From the NCBI GenBank assembly GCA_963725355.1, contig CAVRYE010000005.1:89103-153102 (forward strand): a stretch of 64,000 nucleotides of DNA. Direction: 5' to 3'. Positions within the stretch are counted from its first letter, which is position 1, and each line of letters begins with the position of its first letter. Shown one piece after another: positions 18,735 through 27,406 of this stretch. The notes under the pieces were generated by a model that made no database searches, was not told the origin of the DNA, and saw only the letters and a program-made list of their open reading frames with translations. The stretch is from an uncultured Acidimicrobiaceae bacterium. Its GTDB lineage: Bacteria; Actinomycetota; Acidimicrobiia; Acidimicrobiales; Bog-793. The translations under genes were made by a program, and so were the position numbers.

Positions 18735-19442
18735 TCACCGGAACAGGTCTTCACCGTAGGGACGGACGACGTCTTGGGCGACGGCACCGTCGCCCATGAA
18801 GGCGGCGTCCACCCCCCTCACGATGGCGACCGGGACGCCGCGGGCCTTTCCCATCACGAGGTCGGCAGCCGAGGCGATCTCGTCCACGACGCAGATCTCG
18901 GTCGAGACCAGCTCCCGGCCCAGGGCGTCTGTCGTGCCCCGGAGGTCGACCACAGCGCGGATGCCCGCACAACCTATGGCCACGTCGGTCACCCCGCGTC
19001 GCCAGGCTCGGCCGAAGGTGTCGGATATAACGACGCCGACCTCGAGGCCCGTTTTCGCCCGGAGCCCGTCGCGCAACCGGCGTGCTGAGCGGTCCGGGTC
19101 CTCAGGGAGCAGCACCGCGAAGCCGTCCGCCACGTTGGACAGGTCGACTCCGGAGTTGGCGCAGACAAAACCATGACGCGTCTCAGTCACGACCATGTCG
19201 TCCCGTCGGCGCAGGACGCGCACCGCTTCTGACTCTGCGAGGAGGCGCTTCGCGTCCGGGTCGGAGGCGTCGAATGCCACCATGCGGCCTTCGGCCTTGG
19301 AGACCACCTTTTGGGTTACCACGACCACGTCGCCGTCGATGAGCCCGGCTCGACCTGCTATCAGACCGGCCAGGTCGTCGCCCTGGTTTATCTCACCGAG
19401 CCCACTGAGCCCGAAAACGTAAAGAGAGCCTTCGATGGCCAT
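18735..19442 (-). CDS. cofE: coenzyme F420-0:L-glutamate ligase, single-domain form
   Basis: MAIEGSLYVFGLSGLGEINQGDDL, VVVVTQKVVSKAEGR, DTFGRAWRRG and GKARGVPVAIVRG. Only ~235 aa, with no C-terminal nitroreductase-like domain. Confidence 0.85.
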   Translation of the reverse strand: MAIEGSLYVFGLSGLGEINQGDDLAGLIAGRAGLIDGDVVVVTQKVVSKAEGRMVAFDASDPDAKRLLAESEAVRVLRRRDDMVVTETRHGFVCANSGVDLSNVADGFAVLLPEDPDRSARRLRDGLRAKTGLEVGVVISDTFGRAWRRGVTDVAIGCAGIRAVVDLRGTTDALGRELVSTEICVVDEIASAADLVMGKARGVPVAIVRGVDAAFMGDGAVAQDVVRPYGEDLFR

Positions 19443-19455
19443 GGGCTGTGCCCCG

Positions 19456-20418
19456 CTAGAGCTCGTGAGAGTCCGCCGGATCAAGGCGGTGTCCGCTGGC
19501 AGATCCGAGAACGACACGGGCAAGTCCCGCTGCCACCTCCGGTGTGCTCATGACGCTGGGAGTGACGACACATTCGAGGCCCAGGTCGCGCACTGCGCCC
19601 GCCAGTGATGCGTCGGCCTCGTCGACGACGAGGGTGCCTACGACTGCACGTAGGAAGCGGCCGACACCAACAGCTGACGCCTCCTCACCTAGCTCCACCA
19701 AGAGGCGGTCAGCAGGGCCCTTGAGGGCCGCGCCGGCGACGATCGGTGAGACGGCGACGACGGACTCGCGGCGAGCTTCGAGCGCCTCGGAGATACCGGG
19801 AACCGACAAGATCGGGCCGATGGACACGACGGGGTTGGAGGGTGCCACGATCACGGCATCGGCCGTCTCGAGCGCCTCAAGCACGCCAGGAGCGGGGCTG
19901 GCAAGCTCGGCGCCCTCGAAGCGCACCTTCGACACCGCCACAGAGTGGCGCAACTTCACGAAATACTCCTGGAAGGCCACTTCCCCACCGTCTCTCAAGG
20001 AGAGCCGCGTTCGGACCGGGTCGTCGCTCATCGGCAGCATCTTGATGTTGAGACCGAACCCACGAGAGATCTCGACGGTGACCTCCGAGAGACTGGCGCC
20101 TTGCCGCAGGCGACCTGTGCGGAAAAGGTGCGTGGCGAGATCGGCGTCTCCCAGGCGGAACCAGGTGATGGCACCGAAACGGTCCAGCGCCTCCATCGCA
20201 CGGAAGCTGTCCCCGCCGAGGCCCCAGCCCGTGGCGGGGTTGACGGCCCCCGAAAGGGTGTAGGTGATCGTGTCGAGGTCAGGGCTGATATGAAGACCGT
20301 GCAGCTCGGTGTCGTCACCGGTGTTGACAATGGCGACGATCTCTCGCGGATCGATCACCTGCTGCATGCCGGCGAGCAGCCTGGCGGCGCCGACCCCGCC
20401 GCACAGGACGGCTATCAC
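19456..20418 (-). CDS. cofD: 2-phospho-L-lactate (or EPPG) transferase
   Basis: VIAVLCGGVGAARLL, VNTGDD and SPDLDTITYTL. GTG 20418..20416 overlaps the TGA of the upstream gene (GTGA). Confidence 0.88.
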   Translation of the reverse strand: MIAVLCGGVGAARLLAGMQQVIDPREIVAIVNTGDDTELHGLHISPDLDTITYTLSGAVNPATGWGLGGDSFRAMEALDRFGAITWFRLGDADLATHLFRTGRLRQGASLSEVTVEISRGFGLNIKMLPMSDDPVRTRLSLRDGGEVAFQEYFVKLRHSVAVSKVRFEGAELASPAPGVLEALETADAVIVAPSNPVVSIGPILSVPGISEALEARRESVVAVSPIVAGAALKGPADRLLVELGEEASAVGVGRFLRAVVGTLVVDEADASLAGAVRDLGLECVVTPSVMSTPEVAAGLARVVLGSASGHRLDPADSHEL

Positions 20419-21359
20419 GAAGCGCGGCGGACGTACTCGACGACCGCGGCGATCCCAGCTTCGAGGCTCGTCCACGGCTTCCAGCCGAGGTGCAAGGCCG
20501 CCCGCTTGGGGTCTAGGGCGCTTCTTTGCAACTCGCCCGGACGCAAGGGGGCGTTCTTTGCAGCTAGAAGGCTTCCACAAGCTGCCGCCACGATCTCATA
20601 GAGCCTCGTAACAGAGGTTTCCTGACCTGTGCCGATGTTGAGCACTAGGCCACCTCCCCGTCTAGCGGCGCGGGCGAAGGCATCGACGACATCATCGACG
20701 AAAACATAGTCACGGGTCTGCTTGCCGTCGCCGAAGATAACGCACTGGCGTCCGGCCACGAGGTTGCCGGCGAAGATGGCCACGACACCGGCCTCGCCGT
20801 GGGGGTCCTGGCGAGGCCCGTAGACATTTGCGAGGGCCAGGGCCGTGAACTCTATGCCGTGCAGCTCGCGGTAGGCGACGAGGTAGTCGATCGCCGACTT
20901 CTTCGAAACGCCATAGGGGGAAAGCGGCCGGTGAGGCTGATGCTCGTCGACGGGTATGTGGGCATCGTCGGGCTCACCGTACAAGGTGCCGCCCGAGGCA
21001 GCGAAGACCACCTTGGCCCCTCCCGCCGCCCGGGCACCCTCGAGAGCTTGGATCGTGCCGAGGACATTGACCTCGGCGTCGAACACCGGGCGGTCCACCG
21101 ACACCCGGACGTCTGCCTGGGCAGCGAGGTGGAAGATCACTTCCGGGCTGCGGTGACCGGCGAGGTCGACGAAGTCGTGGGAGCGGACGTCGAGATTGTG
21201 GAAGCGCAACGAGCCGCCCGAGGCACGGGCGTCGGCGAGATTGGCGAGGGATCCCGTCGACAAGTCGTCGACGACGTCCACGTCGTGACCCTCGGCGAGA
21301 AGGCGATCGACGAGGTTGGAACCGATGAAGCCTGCGCCTCCGGTGACTAGTGCCCGCAT
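20415..21359 (-). CDS. NAD-dependent sugar epimerase, UDP-glucose 4-epimerase-like
   Basis: 314 aa with VTGGAGFIGSNLVDRL and the YGVSKKS (YxxxK) motif. Confidence 0.8.
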   Translation of the reverse strand: MRALVTGGAGFIGSNLVDRLLAEGHDVDVVDDLSTGSLANLADARASGGSLRFHNLDVRSHDFVDLAGHRSPEVIFHLAAQADVRVSVDRPVFDAEVNVLGTIQALEGARAAGGAKVVFAASGGTLYGEPDDAHIPVDEHQPHRPLSPYGVSKKSAIDYLVAYRELHGIEFTALALANVYGPRQDPHGEAGVVAIFAGNLVAGRQCVIFGDGKQTRDYVFVDDVVDAFARAARRGGGLVLNIGTGQETSVTRLYEIVAAACGSLLAAKNAPLRPGELQRSALDPKRAALHLGWKPWTSLEAGIAAVVEYVRRAS

Positions 21360-21387
21360 TGGCTCTGCCTCCCGCTTCCTAGTTGTC

Positions 21388-22462
21388 TCAGGCCGAGGGA
21401 TAGCGCGCGCCGTCGAGCACGGCGAACGCCGGCACGCTGGCCCCGGCCGCGACGATCGTCATCCCGCCCACACGGGCACCTTCGCCCACAACCGCTCGAG
21501 GCCCGAGGATGCTGTCGATCACGACGGCGCCGGCACCGACCTGCGATCTCGACATGAGGACCGAGCGTAAGACGACCGCTCCCGGGCCGACCGAGGCGCC
21601 TTCGCCGATCACGCTCTCGGCGACCTCAGCCCGCTCGGCGATCAGGGCCTCGGAGCCGACCAGACAGTGCGCTCCGAGCGTGCAGGAGACCTCGGCCCTC
21701 GCATCGACCCAGAGCCCGCTGCTGATCTCCGGCACACCGGGCACCAGCAACCGCCGGCCGGTCAAGATGTCGAGCTGGGCTTGCAGGAACTGCTGCGGGG
21801 TACCGGTGTCGAGCCAATAAGCGTCCGAAGCAAGGGCGAACAACGAGCCCGCCGACACGAGGGCGGGAAAGGTCTCCCGCTCGATCAGACACGCGCCTGC
21901 CTTCGGGAATCTGTTCGAGCACCGAGGTCTCGAGCACATATATGCCCGCATTGATCAGGTTCGTCGGAGCCTGCCCGGGGGGCGGCTTCTCGATGAAGGC
22001 CGTCACCCGCCCGTCCTCGTCGGTGGGCACGACGCCGAATCGTGAGGGATCTTGGACCGGGGTGAGCGCGATCGAGGCCTGGGCCGGGCGCGTGCGGTGA
22101 AAGGCCACGAGCGCCGAAGCGTCGACCTCGGTCAGCACGTCGCCGTTAAGGACGAGGAAAGTGTCTTTGACCCCAGCCTCGCTCGCCGCGAAGCGAATGG
22201 CGCCGGCGGTGTCAAGCAACTCAGGCTCGACGACGTACTCGAGGGCGACCCCGGCGATCTCCTGGGACGGGAATGCCTCCATGAAAGCGTCGGCCCTGTA
22301 GCCGAGGGAGAGAACGGCGCGGTCGACTCCGTGGGTAGCCAGCCACTCGATCACGTGCACGATCATCGGACGCTCGACCACCGGCAGCATTTGCTTGGGA
22401 ACCTCGTAGGTGAGCGGCCGAAGCCGGGTGCCCTCGCCGCCGACGAGAACGACGGCGTCCAT
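21388..22462 (-). pseudogene. manC: mannose-1-phosphate guanylyltransferase (GDP-mannose pyrophosphorylase) interrupted by a +1 nt frameshift near 21886
   Basis: The N-terminal part MDAVVLVGGEGTRLRPLT...YVLETSVLEQIPEGRRVS is in the frame of ORF 21626..22804. The C-terminal part IERETFPALVSAGSLFALASDAYWLDTGTP plus LbH repeats is in the frame of ORF 21388..21951. The span is 1075 nt, which is 3n+1. Confidence 0.85.
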
Positions 22463-23304
22463 CAACCAGCGGTGGTCGTCGTGGTCTTGGCCGTGGTGGT
22501 CGTCGTGCTGCTGGGTGTCGTCGTCGAGGAGGTGCCGGAGGCCTTCGTGGTAGTCGTCGTCGTGCCGGGCTTGATCGTCGTCGTCGTGACCGTCGTGGTC
22601 GTGGTCTGGGACTTGATGAAAGCCGCCACGAGGTGGGCAGCCGGGGGTTTGGGCACTGAAGCCCCGTTTGCGACATAGGCGATCATGAACAGCTCGCCAT
22701 TGGTGCTGAAGTTCGTCGCCGGCGAAGGCACCGCGGCATAAGAGCTGGTCGAGCTCGGGGAGGCCCAGACGTTGACCTGGAGTTTCCCGGGCTTTGTCAC
22801 GCACTTGCGGCCGTTGGCATAGCTGCCTGCGTGCTTGCCCATCGTCTTGGGCAGTTGCAGCGAGGTCGCCGTCAGCTTCACGCCCTCGGAGGTGAGGAAC
22901 CTGCCAATGGTCGCGTTTGCACCCTCGAACTGCTTGGCGAGCGTGCCCGCCCGGGCAGGCTGGATGTCCACGACACCATTGCCGTCGCTGATGATGCCCG
23001 AGGTCAGGTCCGCGCTCTTAGGAAGGTTGACGATGGTGCCGCAGAGGTCGACCGAGAGCGCCTCTTGCCAGTGGTCGCTCGCGGTCGGCGGTGTCGTGCT
23101 CGCCTGGGTGGTGGACGTCGTGGTCGAGGCGTTCTCGCTCGCAACTTCACGCTCATGGCGGCTGAAAACGATCAGGCCGAGCCCGATGACGCAGACGACG
23201 AGCAAGATCGAGTACCACCCGAGCGGTGTGCGTTGCCTGTAGCTGCGGCTACCGCCGATGGCCGCCGCACGCGCGACCCTTCGGCTGATCGAATTCCTGG
23301 GCAC
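22462..23304 (-). CDS. single-pass membrane protein with Thr-rich segments (hypothetical)
   Basis: 280 aa with TM segment WYSILLVVCVIGLGLIVF, then ASTTTSTTQASTTPPTAS, a globular part and a ~50-aa C-terminal tail that is ~60% Thr. ATGA overlap with manC. Confidence 0.65.
   Translation of the reverse strand: MPRNSISRRVARAAAIGGSRSYRQRTPLGWYSILLVVCVIGLGLIVFSRHEREVASENASTTTSTTQASTTPPTASDHWQEALSVDLCGTIVNLPKSADLTSGIISDGNGVVDIQPARAGTLAKQFEGANATIGRFLTSEGVKLTATSLQLPKTMGKHAGSYANGRKCVTKPGKLQVNVWASPSSTSSYAAVPSPATNFSTNGELFMIAYVANGASVPKPPAAHLVAAFIKSQTTTTTVTTTTIKPGTTTTTTKASGTSSTTTPSSTTTTTAKTTTTTAG
22465..22614 (-). repeat. low-complexity (ACC/ACG)n-type coding repeat encoding the poly-Thr tail
   Basis: Runs of accacg/acgacg on the minus strand. 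All frames on both strands stay open here, producing the shadow ORFs 22052..22678 and 22221..22676. Confidence 0.8.
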
Positions 23305-23395
23305 GGGCCACGACTCTAGTCCCAGCCGGCGCCGCCTTATCTTCGAGGCGCCACTTCGGGCCGCGCGCAGGTCGACTTGGCGCCCGAGGAGCGCT

Positions 23396-24304
23396 TCAGC
23401 TGGCCCCGGAATGTCTGGCGAAAGACGCTGTCAGAAAGCAGCGAAGGCTGGCGAGAACAAAACGGGCGCCGAGCGCCACGGCCACCAGGGGCAATAGGAG
23501 GCGCTCGCGTCCCTCACTTGAGCGGACGGCGAACCTCAGGATCGACCTGTGGTGAGCGGCCATCATTCGGTAGGGGCGGCGGGAGGTCGATCGGCCCTGC
23601 TCGTGCACAGCGCGGGCCGAGGGCACGTAGAGCACCCCCCACCCGGCCCGATGAAGACGCCAGCACAAGTCGACGTCCTCGACATACATGAAGTACGCCT
23701 CGTCGAAGCCGCCCACGGCCGCGAAGGCGCTTCGCCGCACCAAAAAGCCGGCGCCGGAAACCCAATCGGCGTCGCGCGCTGTTTGCTGTTGGTCGCCAAT
23801 GAGCCTGTAGCGCCGGGTCCACGGGTTGTCCCGCCAGAACAGGCCCACGAAGCCGTGACCTAGCGAGTCGCCAAGACTAGGAAACGAGCGGCCGGAGGGG
23901 TAGACCGAGCCGTCGGGCTCCAAGAGCATGGGCCCCGCTACGGCGGCGTCGGTCCGGGCATCGAGCGCGCGACCCAAGAGCTCCACTGCCCCCGGCTCGA
24001 CGACGAGGTCCGGGTTGCAAACAAAGACGAACTCTCCCGCCGTAGCTGCCACACCCTGATTGACGGCCGCGCCATAGCCGAGGTTGCGGCTTGGCTGTAT
24101 GAGCTTCAGGGGCGCCTCGAGATGCCTGACGAGCTCGACAGAGCCGTCCGTCGAACCGTTGTCGACCACGGCAATGTCATCTATCCCGCTTTCCAGCAAG
24201 CTGGCGAGACAGCGCCCGATCGCCTCACCGGCGTCGTAGTTCACTACGACTGCGCTGAGCCTCTGCGAGATGCCGAAGCTGCCGAGGCCCTTCGTCGCGG
24301 GCAA
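23396..24304 (-). CDS. wbbL: family-2 glycosyltransferase, WbbL-like rhamnosyltransferase
   Basis: LSAVVVNYDAGE, VVDNGSTDGS and FMYVEDVDLCWRL. Lies directly downstream of rmlD, as in mycobacteria. TTG start at 24304. Confidence 0.75.
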   Translation of the reverse strand: MPATKGLGSFGISQRLSAVVVNYDAGEAIGRCLASLLESGIDDIAVVDNGSTDGSVELVRHLEAPLKLIQPSRNLGYGAAVNQGVAATAGEFVFVCNPDLVVEPGAVELLGRALDARTDAAVAGPMLLEPDGSVYPSGRSFPSLGDSLGHGFVGLFWRDNPWTRRYRLIGDQQQTARDADWVSGAGFLVRRSAFAAVGGFDEAYFMYVEDVDLCWRLHRAGWGVLYVPSARAVHEQGRSTSRRPYRMMAAHHRSILRFAVRSSEGRERLLLPLVAVALGARFVLASLRCFLTASFARHSGAS

Positions 24305-24307
24305 CGC

Positions 24308-25177
24308 TCAGGCCGTCAGCTCGGCGACCAACCCCGTTATCGCCTCGTCCCAATTCGGCAACAAGCTCCACCCCGACAGCCTGAGGGCGGCGTTGTCCAG
24401 CACCGAGTTGGCGGGGCGCGGTGCCGGGCGGGGCGGCGTCAGATCGGTAGTCGCGATCGGCTCCACGCGTGCGGGGTCCATCCCGGCGGCGCGAAGGACA
24501 AGGCGAGCGAACTCGTACCAGGTGGTCGAGCCCTGGTTGGTCACATGGAATATGCCGGGATGCCTGCCAAGGGAGAGGTCGACGACCCTGCTTGCGAGGT
24601 CTGCCGCCGAAGTCGGGCTTCCCCGCTGGTCGTTGACGAAGCGGAGCGCGACGCCGGAGCTCGCGAGCCGGAGAACGGTCTTGACCATGTTCGCTCCCGT
24701 CCGGCCGTTGACCCACGCCGTGCGGACGATCGTGTGGCCGGAGTCGAGCTCACGCTCCCCGCCGAGCTTGGAACGACCGTAGACAGAAAGCGGGTTGGGG
24801 TCGTCCCATTCCGAGTACGGCCGCGGTGAAGTGCCGTCGAAGACGTAATCGGTCGACAGGTAGCACATGTGGGCACCGACCCTGCGAGCGGCTTCGGCCA
24901 CATTTCGCGTGCCGAGGGTGTTTATGCGATAGGCGCGGTCGGGATCGCCCTCGCAGTCGTCGACTGCGGTCCAGGCGGCCGGGTGGATGATCACGTCCGG
25001 CTCGACCGTCCCGATGGCGGCCAACAGAGCGTCGCGATCTGTTATGTCGAGGGTGCTCTCCTCCGGAGCGATGATGTCAAGGGCCGGGCCCCGCAGGCGG
25101 CCCTCGGCCCGGCGTTGCAGCTCGGCCAGGATCTCTGTGCCGAGCTGACCGGTCACGCCAGTCATGAACACGCGCAC
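24308..25177 (-). CDS. rmlD: dTDP-4-dehydrorhamnose reductase
   Basis: 289 aa with MTGVTGQLG, YGRSKLGGE and overall RmlD-like sequence. Confidence 0.88.
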   Translation of the reverse strand: MRVFMTGVTGQLGTEILAELQRRAEGRLRGPALDIIAPEESTLDITDRDALLAAIGTVEPDVIIHPAAWTAVDDCEGDPDRAYRINTLGTRNVAEAARRVGAHMCYLSTDYVFDGTSPRPYSEWDDPNPLSVYGRSKLGGERELDSGHTIVRTAWVNGRTGANMVKTVLRLASSGVALRFVNDQRGSPTSAADLASRVVDLSLGRHPGIFHVTNQGSTTWYEFARLVLRAAGMDPARVEPIATTDLTPPRPAPRPANSVLDNAALRLSGWSLLPNWDEAITGLVAELTA

Positions 25178-25187
25178 GGGACGAGCC

Positions 25188-26225
25188 CTAGGAGGGACGG
25201 GTGTTGGAGACGCCCGACCATGAAGTCTCTGTTACCGGTGACCGGCCGATCAGAGGCTCCCACCACTCCCGGTTCTCGCCGTACCAGGCGACCGTCGCCG
25301 CCAGGCCGGTCTCGAACTCGACGGTCGGTTTCCAGCCGAGCTCGGTGCGGATCTTGGTCGAGTCGAGCAAGTAGCGGCGGTCGTGCCCGGGACGATCGGG
25401 AACGATCGTCTTCAGCGAGTCCGGCTGGCCGGTGGCGGCGAGCACGCCGTCGGCGATGTCCTCGATGCTCGCCTCCTCGCCTGAGCCGACGTTGTAGGTC
25501 TCGCCTATCGCGCCCTCGGTGAGGACGAGCTCGATCGCACGGCAGTGGTCGTCGACGTGCAGCCACTCCCGCCTGTTCTTCGTAGAGGCGTATAGCGGGA
25601 GGCTCTCGCCTTCAAGGGCGCGGGTCGAAAACAGCGGGATGACCTTCTCGGGGAACTGGTAAGGACCGTAGTTGTTGCAGCAGTTGGTGATCGTGGCCTT
25701 CAGCTCGAAGGTCTCTATGTAGGACCGCACGACATGGTCGGCGCCCGCCTTGGAAGCGTTGTAGGGCGTACGCGGCCGGTAGGGCGAGTCCTCACGGAAG
25801 GACTCGTCGCTGTCGAGGGCGAGGTCCCCGTAGACCTCGCAGGTCGAGATGTGGTGGAACCTGGGCACGCCCACCCGGCGAGCGGCGTCGCACATGGACT
25901 GGGTCCCGAGGACGTTGGTCCGGAAGAACCTGGCCGGGTCGAGTATCGCCAAGCTGTTGTGCGACTCGGCGGCAAAGTGCACGATCGTCTCGGTTCGGTT
26001 CGCCACGAGCGTCGACTCGACGAGAGCCTGGTCGCAGATGTCGCCGTGGACGAAGCTCACCCTGCCCGAGCTCTCGAGCTGGGCGAGGCTGCGGCGGTCC
26101 CCGGCATAGGTCAAAGCATCGAGGACGACGATCTCGTCGTCTGGATGGTTGGTCGCCCAGTACCGCGCGAAGTTCGAACCGATGAAGCCGGCACCGCCGG
26201 TTATTAGGAGTCGCATGATCGCCAC
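25188..26225 (-). CDS. rmlB: dTDP-glucose 4,6-dehydratase
   Basis: LITGGAGFIGSNF and YNASKAGADH, 345 aa. ATG 26216 is an alternative start. Confidence 0.92.
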   Translation of the reverse strand: MAIMRLLITGGAGFIGSNFARYWATNHPDDEIVVLDALTYAGDRRSLAQLESSGRVSFVHGDICDQALVESTLVANRTETIVHFAAESHNSLAILDPARFFRTNVLGTQSMCDAARRVGVPRFHHISTCEVYGDLALDSDESFREDSPYRPRTPYNASKAGADHVVRSYIETFELKATITNCCNNYGPYQFPEKVIPLFSTRALEGESLPLYASTKNRREWLHVDDHCRAIELVLTEGAIGETYNVGSGEEASIEDIADGVLAATGQPDSLKTIVPDRPGHDRRYLLDSTKIRTELGWKPTVEFETGLAATVAWYGENREWWEPLIGRSPVTETSWSGVSNTRPS

Positions 26226-26449
26226 AGGCTAATCGGCCTCCGCTCCCTCGGGCCGACCGCCCTTCGCCGGGGCTCATGACAACCTCGGGGCGTAGCTAGA
26301 ACCCCTAAGGGCCAGGTCATGTCCAGCTAGAGACCGACCCCTTCGAACACCGGCCGACTTGGCACGCAGCCTCCCCGCCGACCGGGCACAACTGCGTCGG
26401 GCCGAGCCCCCCGACAGCCGACGCGCGAGATAGCTCGGCCCAGCCCCAA

Positions 26450-27340
26450 CTATCGGACATGGACGACGTCGCCGGCCGCGATCGTCCGGAGACATGTGCC
26501 GGTCGACACGAGCAGGCAGCCGGCGTCGTCGAGGTCCAAGGCTGTGCCGAAGACGGTCTCGTCGGCCAGCTCCACGCGGACCTCCCGCCCGATCGTCGAG
26601 CAGGAGCGGCGGTAGGCGGAGGAAAGGCGAAGGCGTCCCTCCTTGCTCGCCAGCTCCTCGTTCCACTTTCCGGCAGAGCACAGCAAGCCGGCGGTGAGCT
26701 CGTCGCGGTCGATCTCGTGGCCCACCACACGGTTGAGGGCCGCGCCATGGGCCGCGATGGAGGCGAGCTCGGGGTCCTTTGAGCCCTCGGGAGGCCATGC
26801 AGAAGGCCAGTTGAGGTTGAGGCCGAGGCCGACGACTACCGATGGCGGCCTGCGTGGTGCATCTGGTGCGTTGGCTGAGGGGCCGGCAGCCACGATCTCA
26901 GAGAGAATGCCCCCAAGCTTTCGCTCGCCGACCAACAAGTCGTTCGGCCACTTGATCGAGAGCTCGACGCCGGCGGTCTCGCGGCAGGCCTGCGTCGCTG
27001 CGAGTGCCACAGCCCAGGCGGTGAGGTGGAGCTGTTCGACGGCGAGGTCGGGCCGGAAAAGGATCGAGCAGAGCACGGCGCTGCCCGCAGGCGCCTCCCA
27101 CCTCCTGTCGAGCCGGCCACGGCCTGCACTCTGCTGCTCGGCCACGACGGCGTAGCCCGCGGGAGGCTCTGAGCCGGCCACGACGCCAGCCCGCACCAGG
27201 TCGGCCAGGTAGCGGTTCGTCGAGTCGACCAACTGCAGGCGTTCGGGAACTGCGAAGGGGACGGGTGCCCCCGCGGACGGTCCGATGCTCACGAACGGTC
27301 CCCGACCCGGCGTGCGCGGATAGCCTGCTCGACTGAGCAC
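26450..27340 (-). CDS. birA: biotin--[acetyl-CoA-carboxylase] ligase
   Basis: GRGRLDRRWEAPAG and KWPNDLLVGERKLGGIL. Confidence 0.88.
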   Translation of the reverse strand: MLSRAGYPRTPGRGPFVSIGPSAGAPVPFAVPERLQLVDSTNRYLADLVRAGVVAGSEPPAGYAVVAEQQSAGRGRLDRRWEAPAGSAVLCSILFRPDLAVEQLHLTAWAVALAATQACRETAGVELSIKWPNDLLVGERKLGGILSEIVAAGPSANAPDAPRRPPSVVVGLGLNLNWPSAWPPEGSKDPELASIAAHGAALNRVVGHEIDRDELTAGLLCSAGKWNEELASKEGRLRLSSAYRRSCSTIGREVRVELADETVFGTALDLDDAGCLLVSTGTCLRTIAAGDVVHVR

Positions 27341-27406
27341 TCCCCCGCAGGTGGTCCGTCGAAGCGTGTCACCTGTTCCATTGGGAGTCGAGGCTAGGTC
27401 GAGAGG

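Noticed and set aside
22052-22678. Poly-Val/poly-Asp/poly-Arg ORFs over 22052..22678 (+) and 22221..22676 (-) as possible repeat proteins or an array.
   Set aside because: These are frame shadows of the (ACC/ACG)n tract encoding the Thr-rich tail. There is no spacer-repeat structure.
21626-22804. The 392-aa track ORF read as a single protein with a His/Asp-rich N-terminus and an Arg-rich C-terminus.
   Set aside because: The N-terminal 114 aa are an alternative frame of the poly-Thr repeat of the upstream gene. The C-terminal ~85 aa are the out-of-frame continuation after the manC frameshift.
26226-26449. 224-nt gap between rmlB and birA, containing an 8-bp stem (GGCCGAGC...GCTCGGCC) and two TCTAGCT repeats 31 nt apart.
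   Set aside because: It is plausibly just the birA terminator plus the rml promoter. The repeats are short and I cannot tie them to any known operator.
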